62,833 nt of DNA, from positions 1 to 62,833 of the IMG/VR virus record IMGVR_UViG_3300023184_000120. One strand, given 5' to 3'. The DNA is from a virus. Its lineage: Duplodnaviria; Caudoviricetes. Below are positions 27,483 to 37,843 of this stretch, one piece after another; position 1 is the stretch's first letter; each line of letters starts with the position of its first letter. Both the position numbers and the translations under genes were made by a program. Under the pieces are notes generated by a model. That model made no database searches, was not told where the DNA came from, and worked only from the letters and a program-made list of their open reading frames with translations.

Positions 27483-28526
27483 TTAATCCTGACCCATTCT
27501 ATAAATAGCTAACTCAGCCAAACCAGCAGGACGATCACCAACGGATCCGCCTTCCGCAAACATACCTAGCTTGCTTGCTCCAATTGCCGCCGTGCCCAAA
27601 CCCGCCGCCTGAGACAACATTGAAGGGGGTGTCTGGTATATAGATGAAGACTGCTGAGTCAATGGCAAGCCGCGCAGAATGTCGGACATGAAGCCCATCT
27701 GTTTGTATGGCGAGTTCTGGTAATTCAGGAAGTCCTGATACTGATTGTTCAGAATGTTCTGTTGTTGCTGTTGTTGCTGCAAACCATACTGGTTCTGCAT
27801 CTGGTTGATGCCCATGTTCTGCTGGTACTGAGTGTTACCCAACTGACCCAAAGCATTTGCGCCTGTCAGCGCTGTTTGTAGACCTTGAAGTCCCAAGCCT
27901 GCGCCAAACTGGCCTTGTTGTGCATTAAGGTTAGCCGCCGCTTGAGTAGCCCCCTGCTCTTGGTTGAACTGCCCCATGCCTTGGGTATACGCGGCTTGCT
28001 GGCCTTGTGCGTAAATATCACCTAATTGACGGTTTAAATTGCCCCTAGCTTGGCCACGCATCAGATAGTCACCACTACCCCCAAACGCGCCTGCACGGGC
28101 GGCTTGGGCACCTTGGGCTTGACTGGCAATAGCCGCTTGACGCGTTGCATCTTGCTGTTGGCGTGCCACCACATTGTTCATGTAGGGCGACATGTAGCTC
28201 TCGGCCATGCCGGGGCTTGTAAACGATTTAGTTTGGAATGGGTTGTATGTATACCCAGTATTGAGCGCACCCAAGCCAGCGGAACCCGCCATAGCCGTTG
28301 CATCTTGCAACTGGGGAGAACCCTGCATCAATGCCGCATTGTCATAGGACATCTGCTGTAAAGGCGCAAACTGCGCTTGACGCTCACCCATGTACTGCTG
28401 ATATGGGTTCTGTGAAGGGTCAGTGTAGCTTTGCGCGGCGCCCAGCAGGTTTTCGACATACGGCTTGGCGTAGTCGGGGATTGAGGTTTGCGATATTTGC
28501 TGTTGCGAGAGTTGTGGTTCAGCCAT
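27483..28526 (-). CDS. Putative DNA pilot/ejection protein (Gln/Ala/Gly-rich)
   Basis: YMSPY, AGAFGGS, poly-Q coiled coil, C-terminal GLG hydrophobic segment. Confidence 0.6.
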   Translation of the reverse strand: MAEPQLSQQQISQTSIPDYAKPYVENLLGAAQSYTDPSQNPYQQYMGERQAQFAPLQQMSYDNAALMQGSPQLQDATAMAGSAGLGALNTGYTYNPFQTKSFTSPGMAESYMSPYMNNVVARQQQDATRQAAIASQAQGAQAARAGAFGGSGDYLMRGQARGNLNRQLGDIYAQGQQAAYTQGMGQFNQEQGATQAAANLNAQQGQFGAGLGLQGLQTALTGANALGQLGNTQYQQNMGINQMQNQYGLQQQQQQQNILNNQYQDFLNYQNSPYKQMGFMSDILRGLPLTQQSSSIYQTPPSMLSQAAGLGTAAIGASKLGMFAEGGSVGDRPAGLAELAIYRMGQD

Positions 28527-28536
28527 GATCTATTCC

Positions 28537-31461
28537 TTAAGCGGGAAGATATTTGTCAGCGCGGCTGTTGGCCGCTACTTTGTTTTTGCCGGTGGTTGCA
28601 CCCCGCGCACGTTGCACACGATCCATCATGGCGTAAAGCTTCTTAGCGCCTGCATCTGTTGAGCCGTTACCTAACTCAGACACGATACGCGCAGGCACTA
28701 CAAACTCACCATCGGCAAGGCGTGCGGGTTGACTCTTAGCGCCAATCGTTGCGGGGATGCTGTCAGACACGCCATCACCGGGGCCTTTGAGCAAACGGCC
28801 ACCATCAGAGTAGCCACCCAATGTGCCAAGACCGCCACCAGAGTAGGGCATACCGCCCATAGCGTAAGCGCGTTGCAAGCCACCAGCAGCTTCGCCGGAA
28901 CCACCACCGTCACCACCACCTTGTGTGGTATCTATTTGGCTACTTGCAGCGGCGGCATCATCGGCTTTCTTTTTATCAGCTTCTGTTTTAGCTTTGGAAC
29001 CTGCGCGGAAGTCAGCGTACACGCTAGAAAGGCTTCGGTTTGTAGCGTCAGCGATCTGTTGGGCAGAAAGGTTGTTGGCTATTGCCCAGTCATACAAGGC
29101 TTGGCCAGACAGGGGGGTATCTTTTAAGGAACTCTTAATGTCATTCAATGACATGCTGTACGTCACGTTACCTTTGTCGTCGCGTCCGGGGGCTATGTAG
29201 TCAGGATTAGGATCCATCTTACCGGTGGCTTTATTGTATATGTATGGCAGGTTGCCCCTTGCCGGGTAGCCCAGCACTGCTGTAGCATAGTCTTGAGAAA
29301 GTTGGCCATCAAAACTGGATTTAGTGGGGTATGCGGCACCGGCTTTACCTGTAAGGTAATCGTACGCGGCTTTGGAATCACCACTCAAGCGGTTAACGTA
29401 TTTTTGAGTAAACTCTTCGGGGGTGTATGTTGGTGATGTGTAGCCCAGACTGCCACCACCTTTTTCATACATATCACGCAGGTTTTTAGAACCCGTGAAA
29501 CCGCCAACTGGGATGTTGGGGATACGTGGTGAAGATGTGATCGTGCGGTTAGGGTTAACCGTTGCGCCACCGCCAATTTGCGATGGGCCTGTGTTACCAG
29601 ACACACCTACGGGCAACGATGTTGCTGGCGCAGTATATAAATTTGTGGGTGTATCTTCAACAGTGGACGTATGCTGTGTTGCGTCTACATTTTTAACAAT
29701 TAACCCATTTTCTAAATGGTAGCCAGACGGTACTATTACGTCGTTACCACCACCGCCTGTAACTGTGGTTACTTTTGCTTGTGGCCCCATTAACTTAGAA
29801 GCTTGGTACAAGTCTAAATTAGATACTGGTGATCCCGTTTGTAGCCCCGCATAGTCTCTAAAGTTATTGTAAATATTTTCAGCCTTGGCGTATGTATTCA
29901 TTACATCTTTGTTGACTGCATCCTTGTACCATTGGGTTTTACGGTCAGCATCAGTTACCTCGCGGCCAAGAACATTTCGCACCCATTCATCAGCAATGTT
30001 GCTAGCATCTGCGGAAGAATACCCTGTGTACCCTTTTTGCGCATCTGCAAGGGATAGGCCAAAATTTCCTGTTTCTTTGTTTGCTTGCGCCCCTCTAATG
30101 AAGTCAGCATACATAGTGGCGCTGTCTTGATTTCCCGAAGTAAGTTGCTGTGTCCAATAAGCCATACCGTTGGGATCAGGATCACGTCCCAGTACATTGC
30201 GATAAACGGTAGCAACGGTAGCTGCGGCTTGTTCGGCAGTTGGGCGTCCTGTAGTTGTGGCCCCGGTTGTAGTTGCACCCGTTGCATTAGCCAAAGTAGC
30301 TAAACCGTTACCTGTAGTTGTAGTTGCGGTTGTATTTGCGGGTTGTAACGCGGCTAAGTTGGCGTTTGCAATGCTTGCGCGTTCTGCCTGCTCTCGACCA
30401 ATACGGGCTATAGCATCGGCGGGTGATTCTGTAGTAGCGGTAGCAGTATTAGCTTGCTGTGCGGGGGGTGTAAACAAGTTAATACCCAAACCAGCCAAAC
30501 CAGAAGTATCAAAACCTTTGTATGTGCTAGCTACATCTGCGGCGGTAATTTTGTTTGTTTGGGCAAGGTCATTAACTTTGCTGTAATCGCCTGCGGCATA
30601 AGCAGCATCTAGTTGGGTTTTGACATCACCACCAATTTCATAGTGCTTAACATCACCACCGCCAGCCAACGCAACAATACCGCCGCCATCTTTGTAACCA
30701 CGGTAGGGATCAGAGAAGCTTCGGCCACTTGTGTTAAACACGCCAGCATCGGTATTGGCAACATCTACAAACTGACGGCCATCCCAACGTTTCTCACGGA
30801 TTCTGCCGGGGCTTTGTACGGGTGCAATTTTGGTAGTTGTAGGAACCATCTGGTCAGCAACAATAGGGGCCGCTGCCGCTGCCAAAGGCATCATATTTTG
30901 TTTGGCAAAGTTCATTGCCGCTGAACCCGAATCTGTAACAGCCCCTAGACCCGCCCCAAGTTTGCTAACCATAGAAGTATCAGCAAGACGTTGTGACGCC
31001 ATTTTTCCAATTTCTTCTTCGCCCAGTTGTCCACTAGCAATTTCGGCGGCTTTATCTCTTGCAAGTTCGCTTGTAATTTGGCTAGACAACGCGCCTTCTC
31101 CAGCGCCCATTAGACTTGCGCCCAGACCCGCACCACCATATGCGCCCAAGCCAGCCATCAAGCCTTTGGACAAGCTACCTGTAGCTAATGCTGTTACACC
31201 TCCAACAGCCGCGCCTGCCATACCCGCAGACATCAAACCAAAACCAGCGGGGCCAAGGGCAAAACCTGCCAACATCGGCAACAACGATTTAAGAAAGTTA
31301 GCTTCGGGTAAACCCGTCTTGGGATTGATTGTGAGCGAGCCGCCATGTTTCATGGCCAAAGCTTGTAACCCCTGCACTTCGTGGGGGGTCATGTGGACAA
31401 GCATTGAATCGCCATTGCGACCCTTTGATGCCATGTGATCGGCTAGTACGTGCAGGCTCAT
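28537..31461 (-). CDS. Putative internal virion protein with TINP.TGLPE N-terminal domain, DUF4214-like repeats and GPGDG.SDSIPA C-terminal domain
   Basis: GRNGDSMLVHM...TINPKTGLPEA; VYRNVLGRDPDPNGMAYW; GPGDGVSDSIPA...RLADGEFVVPA. Confidence 0.6.
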   Translation of the reverse strand: MSLHVLADHMASKGRNGDSMLVHMTPHEVQGLQALAMKHGGSLTINPKTGLPEANFLKSLLPMLAGFALGPAGFGLMSAGMAGAAVGGVTALATGSLSKGLMAGLGAYGGAGLGASLMGAGEGALSSQITSELARDKAAEIASGQLGEEEIGKMASQRLADTSMVSKLGAGLGAVTDSGSAAMNFAKQNMMPLAAAAAPIVADQMVPTTTKIAPVQSPGRIREKRWDGRQFVDVANTDAGVFNTSGRSFSDPYRGYKDGGGIVALAGGGDVKHYEIGGDVKTQLDAAYAAGDYSKVNDLAQTNKITAADVASTYKGFDTSGLAGLGINLFTPPAQQANTATATTESPADAIARIGREQAERASIANANLAALQPANTTATTTTGNGLATLANATGATTTGATTTGRPTAEQAAATVATVYRNVLGRDPDPNGMAYWTQQLTSGNQDSATMYADFIRGAQANKETGNFGLSLADAQKGYTGYSSADASNIADEWVRNVLGREVTDADRKTQWYKDAVNKDVMNTYAKAENIYNNFRDYAGLQTGSPVSNLDLYQASKLMGPQAKVTTVTGGGGNDVIVPSGYHLENGLIVKNVDATQHTSTVEDTPTNLYTAPATSLPVGVSGNTGPSQIGGGATVNPNRTITSSPRIPNIPVGGFTGSKNLRDMYEKGGGSLGYTSPTYTPEEFTQKYVNRLSGDSKAAYDYLTGKAGAAYPTKSSFDGQLSQDYATAVLGYPARGNLPYIYNKATGKMDPNPDYIAPGRDDKGNVTYSMSLNDIKSSLKDTPLSGQALYDWAIANNLSAQQIADATNRSLSSVYADFRAGSKAKTEADKKKADDAAAASSQIDTTQGGGDGGGSGEAAGGLQRAYAMGGMPYSGGGLGTLGGYSDGGRLLKGPGDGVSDSIPATIGAKSQPARLADGEFVVPARIVSELGNGSTDAGAKKLYAMMDRVQRARGATTGKNKVAANSRADKYLPA

Positions 31462-31495
31462 AGTTGCCTCTCAAAATGGGGGTTGTTTGATAATA

Positions 31496-32143
31496 TCATG
31501 CTGGGAGCGCAGACACAAATGAAAGTGTGGCTACAACCGAGGCTGTTGATGGTTTAGTTGGGGTGCCAGACGCCGCATACGTCGGTATAGTAAAAGTTGC
31601 AATCGTGGGCGACCAATAGATTTGAACATAATCACCCGCACCCATAGACAAAAAGTAGTTCCAGCCTTTGATGTCATGGGATGGATCACCGGGGTTTTTA
31701 CGAGCGGGAAGTCCAAGCACCCCCGTAGAACCCACAATGTCCGTGCCATTTTGCTTTAGCCAAATATACATGTCTTGCGGTGCGTTATCTAAGTTCTGTA
31801 TCTGCACACTAAACTGCAAGTTGTAAATGCCAGCGTTTTCTACAGTTATTTTTGACCCCGTTTGTAGCGACACTGCGTTAGAAAAGTCTGTGTTGGATAA
31901 CGTAAGCAGCGTGGCTGTATTGGCAGTTGTTGACTGGCTTGTGTAGCTAGAAAACGCCCCGTATGGAAACGCAATGTATTTACCGCCAGCGCCGCCAAAC
32001 AACTCTGTTAAAGCGTTCTGCAATTGATTAAAGTACAAACGCAAAATGTTAGTGAATTGATCCTGATAGCGCTGTTCGTACTCTTTCGTCCCAAGCGGTA
32101 AGCTAGGCGGTGCAGGGTTAATGATGCGGTTAGTTGTTGCCAT
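31496..32143 (-). CDS. Tail-associated structural protein with beta-sandwich (C1q/TNF-like) C-terminus
   Basis: LRLYFNQL helix, then ITVENAGIYNLQFSVQ...GDYVQIYW. Confidence 0.55.
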   Translation of the reverse strand: MATTNRIINPAPPSLPLGTKEYEQRYQDQFTNILRLYFNQLQNALTELFGGAGGKYIAFPYGAFSSYTSQSTTANTATLLTLSNTDFSNAVSLQTGSKITVENAGIYNLQFSVQIQNLDNAPQDMYIWLKQNGTDIVGSTGVLGLPARKNPGDPSHDIKGWNYFLSMGAGDYVQIYWSPTIATFTIPTYAASGTPTKPSTASVVATLSFVSALPA

Positions 32144-32154
32144 CAGGGTTTACC

Positions 32155-34263
32155 CTATCTCCTGCCGTCAGGACGAATGTCAATTCTAGGAGCGCCAAGC
32201 TGCCAAGCGGTGTTAACTTGGTTTGACTCTACTTTAAAGATCATCTGACGACCGCGCATGCGTGTAAATATCTGGCCTGTAAACTCTTCGGTAATGTCGT
32301 ATGCACTGCTACTGGATACGGGTTGACTTGCGCTACTTGTTCTACCGGAGCCGGAGTTAGTCAAGCCATACAGCGTCATGGTTACTACGGGTACAGCACC
32401 ACTTGGGGAGTTAGAAGAGTCAGAGAAAGTCAAGTCCGGCAGCACGCGCCAGACGAACCCAAAGTTATGGCCGTCACCAATATCAAACTCAGATGAACTG
32501 ATATAAGCAGAAATTGCAGAATTAGTGCCCGTTGTATTGTCATTGATTCCGTCCTCATGGAAGACCAAGTTACCGGTAAGGGTTGAACTGTTATAAGGCG
32601 CGGCGACGGGGAAGGGCAGCAAGCCCGAGTCAAGCCAAGCAGTGCGGCTCATTGTGCCGTAGTACCAGACTTTTTCAAGGTAGTTGTACACCACATACTT
32701 ATCAACTGCGCTGCTACCAGAAGAGCAATAGAACCACCAGACCTCGTTGAAACCTTCGTTTGTACCGCAGAAAACTTGCAGTGCTTGCTCTTGGTTTAGG
32801 TCTTGGAATACGTAACGGCGCAAGTCACAGTTAAGCGTGTTAATGCGGCCATCGTAGGCATAGAACTTATCCACGCCCATCCAGTAAATAATGCCTGATG
32901 CAATTACAGCCGAGTTAGGACTCATGATTGAGATGTTGTCACCAAGAAGTTGTGGTGCCCATACGTAAGGAGGGCCGAGGTACTGGAGCGAGTAAACGCT
33001 GGAGTCTGTAAATATCACAATCTCTTGGCGAGTCTGAACCGTGGTCACAATCTGTGAGCCGTGAGATAGCCGGGTAAACCCTGCTTGGTTTGTAGCGTCT
33101 GGCGTCCAGTTGTAGGGGTCGTTCTGCCCAGACCAGCGGATTAGCATCGGGTCAATAGATGACTGCCCATAATCGTTACAACCAAACGCAATGATAAATC
33201 TTGACGAATCTGACACTGTTAAGTTGTTTTGTACAACAGGCACATCAACAATCAAAGACACATACACCCCTGTGCCAGTAGAAGATGTATTAACGACTGC
33301 CCCTGTAGAATCAAGCAAATTAAATGTCAAGCCACTTACGTTGTATGCGTAGTACGTAGTAGCCGCAGAGATACCTGTAGGTAGTGAGGAGGTAGCAGCA
33401 AACTGAAGAGCTGCGCCTTCTGTGTATTCAATAGTAGATGTAACAACCGTAGGTGAAGCGTTTGTAAACGATACCGTGCCGCCTAGCGTATTAAGCAGTA
33501 CACCGCGAGTGCTTACGCCGTTTGCCGCAGTCCAGTAATAAATACCATACCCACGTGGGCCGTACACTAAATCTTGGCCGTAGTTAATCTGGTTCCATAA
33601 ACGCAGGGCTGACGTTGAGGCTACACCATAACCCCATGTACCAATGGTTCCAGATGCCGGAGGAGGACTACCCCAAGACCCCGCGCCCCAGCCAACTAAC
33701 GGTACAGGAATAGCAGGGCCAACACCAATTTGATACGCAGCTACAACAGAAGCACCGCCTGTAGCGCCTGATGCAACCACCGTTGGGGAAGTTGAAATTG
33801 TGTATGTATTGGCTGTTAAAACCGTGACTTGAAACTGTGCATTAAGGGTCGTAGCATATGTGCCAGTAGCCCCAGAAAACGTAACAAAATCGCCCGTTAA
33901 ACAGCCATGATTTGTGTCTGTAACCGTAACAGTGGTCGTGCCATTTCCAGCAAACGTAACATCACCAGCGGCAGTTGTAGACCGGATAGGCGTAATGTCA
34001 AAATAAGCACCGCCTTGCTCAATGTAGAACTTAAGGTTTGTGCCTACGCCAATATAGTTAGCGCCAGAAAGAGACGACCAATTCCACAGTGACCTGCAAA
34101 CGCCTTGGTATGTGTAGCCTGAAATGGGTTGCCAGCCGCCAATAACTTCTGGAGTGCCTTGACGAAAACGCACTTTGTCGCACTCATACCAACCGCCCTC
34201 GGTGGTATATCGCGTGTTTTCGCGATTCACACCCGGCTTGAACAAAACTTTTTGTAATGGCAT
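32155..34263 (-). CDS. Tail nozzle/packaged-DNA stabilisation protein (P22 gp10/T7 gp12-like)
   Basis: Beta-propeller-like content, IRWS.Q, YWMG...FY.YDG, C-terminal DIRPDGRR; position. Confidence 0.7.
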   Translation of the reverse strand: MPLQKVLFKPGVNRENTRYTTEGGWYECDKVRFRQGTPEVIGGWQPISGYTYQGVCRSLWNWSSLSGANYIGVGTNLKFYIEQGGAYFDITPIRSTTAAGDVTFAGNGTTTVTVTDTNHGCLTGDFVTFSGATGTYATTLNAQFQVTVLTANTYTISTSPTVVASGATGGASVVAAYQIGVGPAIPVPLVGWGAGSWGSPPPASGTIGTWGYGVASTSALRLWNQINYGQDLVYGPRGYGIYYWTAANGVSTRGVLLNTLGGTVSFTNASPTVVTSTIEYTEGAALQFAATSSLPTGISAATTYYAYNVSGLTFNLLDSTGAVVNTSSTGTGVYVSLIVDVPVVQNNLTVSDSSRFIIAFGCNDYGQSSIDPMLIRWSGQNDPYNWTPDATNQAGFTRLSHGSQIVTTVQTRQEIVIFTDSSVYSLQYLGPPYVWAPQLLGDNISIMSPNSAVIASGIIYWMGVDKFYAYDGRINTLNCDLRRYVFQDLNQEQALQVFCGTNEGFNEVWWFYCSSGSSAVDKYVVYNYLEKVWYYGTMSRTAWLDSGLLPFPVAAPYNSSTLTGNLVFHEDGINDNTTGTNSAISAYISSSEFDIGDGHNFGFVWRVLPDLTFSDSSNSPSGAVPVVTMTLYGLTNSGSGRTSSASQPVSSSSAYDITEEFTGQIFTRMRGRQMIFKVESNQVNTAWQLGAPRIDIRPDGRR

Positions 34264-34266
34264 CGG

Positions 34267-34710
34267 TCAATCCAGTAAAGCGCACTCGGCCGTGCGGCGT
34301 TTAAACAGACCCGGCAGTACCTTACCGCCACCTTTAGTCCAGAGCATCAGTTGTTCTTTTGCCCCTTCCCAATCATTGGCGTTGATTTTCCTCTTTAACG
34401 TGGAAGTCTGCAAGCGTCCTGTGCCCAAATTATAGGCGTAGTCCACTATGGCATTGCACTTACGAACGTCTGTAATCAGGCCCGGACAGTTACGCAGAAC
34501 ACCCGGTAGGTACGTATGCTCAAGCTCAATCATCAAAAGCGCCCGTGCCGTGGGTTCATCCATCGGTGGGTCTTCCAAAGTTACCTTGCGTTTGTCTGCG
34601 TAGTAGGTAGAACCGTACCCAATCGTAGCCACGCCAGCCGGACATAAATACGGCTTAGACCTGAAGCCCTCAAACTGACGGCATAGACTGGCGGCTAACT
34701 CTAGGTTCAT
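34267..34710 (-). CDS. Endolysin, GH24 lysozyme
   Basis: FEG..PYLCPAGVATIGYG, YNLG, W.K.GG..LPGL..RR..E. Confidence 0.92.
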   Translation of the reverse strand: MNLELAASLCRQFEGFRSKPYLCPAGVATIGYGSTYYADKRKVTLEDPPMDEPTARALLMIELEHTYLPGVLRNCPGLITDVRKCNAIVDYAYNLGTGRLQTSTLKRKINANDWEGAKEQLMLWTKGGGKVLPGLFKRRTAECALLD

Positions 34711-34934
34711 GCGTTTTTTTCTTTGAGTTTGGCTTCGGCTAATTCAATCGCTATCCATGTATTGCCTTCGGCTTTGTAGCTTAACGTTTCCACTTCATCT
34801 TTTGTCAGCCCAACCCATGTGCGCTGTGCTACTAATTCAGCAAATTGTTCAATGACAGGATCATGCCAATTAGTGTCGTGGTTTGGATTGTTACTGGCTA
34901 CTTTCCACATATGCTCAATTTCATTTCGTGTCAT
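34707..34934 (-). CDS. Hypothetical protein with WVGLT...AKLKEKN module, inserted in the lysis cassette
   Basis: Similar to parts of 4480..4686 and 4683..4952. Confidence 0.7.
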   Translation of the reverse strand: MTRNEIEHMWKVASNNPNHDTNWHDPVIEQFAELVAQRTWVGLTKDEVETLSYKAEGNTWIAIELAEAKLKEKNA

Positions 34935-35429
34935 TTACAAACCCCTTTTAGCCAATGTACGATCCAAAAACCAGAAATTTATTGTCCCACCCAGCAACGC
35001 TGAGAAGTCGGGCGACATGAACAGTTTAAACACTTCAGTTGCATCAAGCCCTGAGTTCATGCTTGACCACGCATACCAGATGTGAATAAACGTCCAGATC
35101 AGCAGAATCCAGTAAGTCACAACCGGACGCACAGAAGCTGACAGACTAGCCGCCCAACCACCAGCGGCTTTGACCATTGTGGCTTGTTGTTCTATGGCAG
35201 ACTGAAACGCATCCATAACGCCAACATCTACTGCGGCTTCCCGTTGAGCGCCAATCTCGGCTAACTTCTGCTGACCACGCAGTTGTTCAAGTTCGCACTG
35301 ACGGGCAAACATATTTAGCTCGTGCTGGCGCTCGTTCTTCTTGTCAAAGAACTTTAGGACTTCAGGAGCCAGACGGAACACACCGCCAAAGATGGAGCCT
35401 AGCAAGCCCCCAGAAAGAATGTCTAACAT
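34935..35429 (-). CDS. Putative holin (3-TM type)
   Basis: N-terminal amphipathic segment, SVRPVVTY, two TM helices, FWFLDR; upstream of endolysin. Confidence 0.65.
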   Translation of the reverse strand: MLDILSGGLLGSIFGGVFRLAPEVLKFFDKKNERQHELNMFARQCELEQLRGQQKLAEIGAQREAAVDVGVMDAFQSAIEQQATMVKAAGGWAASLSASVRPVVTYWILLIWTFIHIWYAWSSMNSGLDATEVFKLFMSPDFSALLGGTINFWFLDRTLAKRGL

Positions 35430-35698
35430 TTGTGATCCTTGTGTTTAGGTCTATCGTCATCTGCCATTAATTTGATACCACTGAGGAAGCCAATCATCCC
35501 GCCTATCAAGGTGCTGAATGCTGGACTGAGCATCTTGAATATCTCGTGATTGTCGATTTGCTTGACGTAAAGGCCATACAGAAAGGCAAACACCATGCCC
35601 AAAACGGAGATGCACAGGGTGCTGGTTACCATGAACGTCACATAGAACGTAAGTTTTTCTTTCGTTTCCATCTGTGGGTTCTCTGGTTTCTTGGTCAT
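35423..35698 (-). CDS. Two-TM membrane protein (lysis-associated?)
   Basis: Two hydrophobic helices. Confidence 0.65.
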   Translation of the reverse strand: MTKKPENPQMETKEKLTFYVTFMVTSTLCISVLGMVFAFLYGLYVKQIDNHEIFKMLSPAFSTLIGGMIGFLSGIKLMADDDRPKHKDHKC

Positions 35699-35985
35699 TT
35701 CTTTTCACGCTCAAGTGCATCTTTGTATCCATGTACAACTTTAGCCCGCAACCATGTGGAATCTGCTGAACCTGACCACTCTGCAAGATTGTTCCAAATG
35801 ACTACGTATTCCGTTGACTTGCAATGATCTGCGTTCTGATCCAGCCACGCCATCATTTGTTTGTGCCGTTCGGTCGGGTCGTGGACTGTGTAGCCTATCC
35901 CATAGAACTCGCGCACATGACAGCCATTCTTGGCTACGGCCCCGACCAGCCCCAACAGCAACAGTAGCAGAAGGAGCCAGCGCAT
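35695..35985 (-). CDS. Secreted/periplasmic small protein
   Basis: MRWLLLLLLLLGLVGAVA signal peptide; two Cys. Confidence 0.65.
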   Translation of the reverse strand: MRWLLLLLLLLGLVGAVAKNGCHVREFYGIGYTVHDPTERHKQMMAWLDQNADHCKSTEYVVIWNNLAEWSGSADSTWLRAKVVHGYKDALEREKK

Positions 35986-35990
35986 TCATT

Positions 35991-36857
35991 TTAGAACGTG
36001 ATAGAACCAGAGGCTGTAAATTGGTAGACCCGAAAGCCTCCAGCCACAGTGATTGTTGGTGAGCCTGTTGTGCTTGTTGCGGCTATGAATGTGTCTGGAT
36101 AGCGGAGGATGACGATACCGCTACCGCCATTGCCTGATGAAGTGCTACCACCTGAACCAACGCCACCAGAACCACCCCCAGTATTTGCTGAAGCATTTGA
36201 AGTGTTGTTTGCGCCTACTGATCCTGCTGAACCACCACCTACCCCACCAGAGCCAGCAGTACCACTTCTTGCACCCCCACCTCCACCACCAGCATAAGTG
36301 GTCACTGTGCCACTAATAGCCGATGCAATTCCAGCACCACCATTTCCACCTACTTGTGGAGACCCATTTATTCCAACAGTCCCTGCTCCACCGCCACCGC
36401 CACTAGCATATCCTGCGGCTGTAAGGTCATTACTACCACCATTATTTCCTTGCCCTGTTATGCCTGTACCACCAACATAAAATGTTCCACCAGAACCTGA
36501 ACCACCACCAGAGCCACCATTTGAAGCGGCTATAGGGCCAGTATTTGGACTTCCACCACCACCGCCTGTAGCAGTAATATTGCCAAAAACAGAGTTACTA
36601 CCAACATTACCACTAGGGCCAGAAGTTCCTCCACCTCCACCACCAACAGTTACAGTAATTGCAGAACCAATAGTTATTCCAGAAAATCCGGCCAATAACC
36701 CACCAGCACCGCCACCACCGCTGTAACTACCACCACCTGTCCCGCCACCAGCAACGATCAAATACTCCACATTCTGTGGAGGCAGTCCTGTCCAGTTGTT
36801 GTCTTTGATGGCTTGGCTTGCCTGAGACAGCGTGTATATGCCGCTATATTGAGCCAC
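35991..36857 (-). CDS. Glycine-rich domain tail/adhesin protein, paralog 4
   Basis: VEYLIVAGGG...GGSGIVILRYP...FTASGSITF. Confidence 0.75.
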   Translation of the reverse strand: MAQYSGIYTLSQASQAIKDNNWTGLPPQNVEYLIVAGGGTGGGSYSGGGGAGGLLAGFSGITIGSAITVTVGGGGGGTSGPSGNVGSNSVFGNITATGGGGGSPNTGPIAASNGGSGGGSGSGGTFYVGGTGITGQGNNGGSNDLTAAGYASGGGGGAGTVGINGSPQVGGNGGAGIASAISGTVTTYAGGGGGGARSGTAGSGGVGGGSAGSVGANNTSNASANTGGGSGGVGSGGSTSSGNGGSGIVILRYPDTFIAATSTTGSPTITVAGGFRVYQFTASGSITF

Positions 36858-36858
36858 G

Positions 36859-37206
36859 TTAGACTCCTTGAGTTACTTCAACCCATGACAATGTTGGCTC
36901 GTCCCATTTGTACATCTTGCCATCTGTCGGCATAGGTGTGGGTGCTTCCCACAGATATGTCTCAGCACTTTTAGTCCATGATGCAAATGGTTGTGGAGGG
37001 GCAAAGCCTGTTCCATCCCATGTGTATGAAATCCCAGCATAGTTTTTATGGAGAGGTCTGCCCTCTGGATGCTGATTACCATGCGTGTTATACGAGGTTT
37101 TCACCCATTCACTTGGATCACCCCAGTGTCCTAAAGCCAAAGTCTCGGCATCAATCACAATTACCTGATCTACGATGCCATTAGTTACATGAGCGTAGTG
37201 CGCCAT
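36859..37206 (-). CDS. Small protein typically accompanying Gly-rich fibre genes (assembly factor or structural)
   Basis: MAHYA, TSYN, KNYAGI, F.PPQPF.SW, WEAP.PMP, Y.WDE. Confidence 0.65.
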   Translation of the reverse strand: MAHYAHVTNGIVDQVIVIDAETLALGHWGDPSEWVKTSYNTHGNQHPEGRPLHKNYAGISYTWDGTGFAPPQPFASWTKSAETYLWEAPTPMPTDGKMYKWDEPTLSWVEVTQGV

Positions 37207-37843
37207 TTTGAGTCCTTTCAGTGTTCAAAAAATATTTCCATTCAGCCATTGTTTTGGCATTCTTGCTAGAGTTGCAACTCAAACATAATGGTTGCAGATT
37301 TCCAATGCTGTGTCTACCACCACGAGCAACAGGAATGATATGGTCAATTGTTACTCTTTCCGTTGTACCACAGGCAATACATGGGGAAGAATACAATTTA
37401 ATCAATTCTTTTTCACTGACCTGATACACACCATTTGAGCGTTTTCTAGCCCTGTACTTGTGTGCTTTTTCAGCCATCTTTGGCAAATGTTGTAACCTGT
37501 AGCGTTCTAAAGCACTTTTAATTGCTTCAGGATTTTGCAATTTCCAAGCATTTTTAACCGCTCTACGATGCTCAATGTTTTCCGCATATTGCCGTCTACC
37601 CGCTTCACGGGATTTTTCAGGATTATTCTTACGCCACTTTTTTAAGTGTTCATATTGTTCAGGTCGATGCGCTTTTTGATAAGCCGCCCGTTTAACTTTG
37701 ACTGTTTCTTTGTTGTCAATGTAATACTGCCGACCATAAGCCTTTTTACATTCTTTACAAACGGCTATAGGTTTGTTTCTGCACAAATGAAACAAGTCAA
37801 CTGATTTCTCAGTTTGGCATTTGGTACAAGTCTTTGTTTCCAT
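37181..37843 (-). CDS. HNH homing endonuclease
   Basis: CTKC/CKEC zinc finger; CIACG..DHIIP..GG..NLQPLC..CN..K. Confidence 0.9.
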   Translation of the reverse strand: METKTCTKCQTEKSVDLFHLCRNKPIAVCKECKKAYGRQYYIDNKETVKVKRAAYQKAHRPEQYEHLKKWRKNNPEKSREAGRRQYAENIEHRRAVKNAWKLQNPEAIKSALERYRLQHLPKMAEKAHKYRARKRSNGVYQVSEKELIKLYSSPCIACGTTERVTIDHIIPVARGGRHSIGNLQPLCLSCNSSKNAKTMAEWKYFLNTERTQNGALRSCN

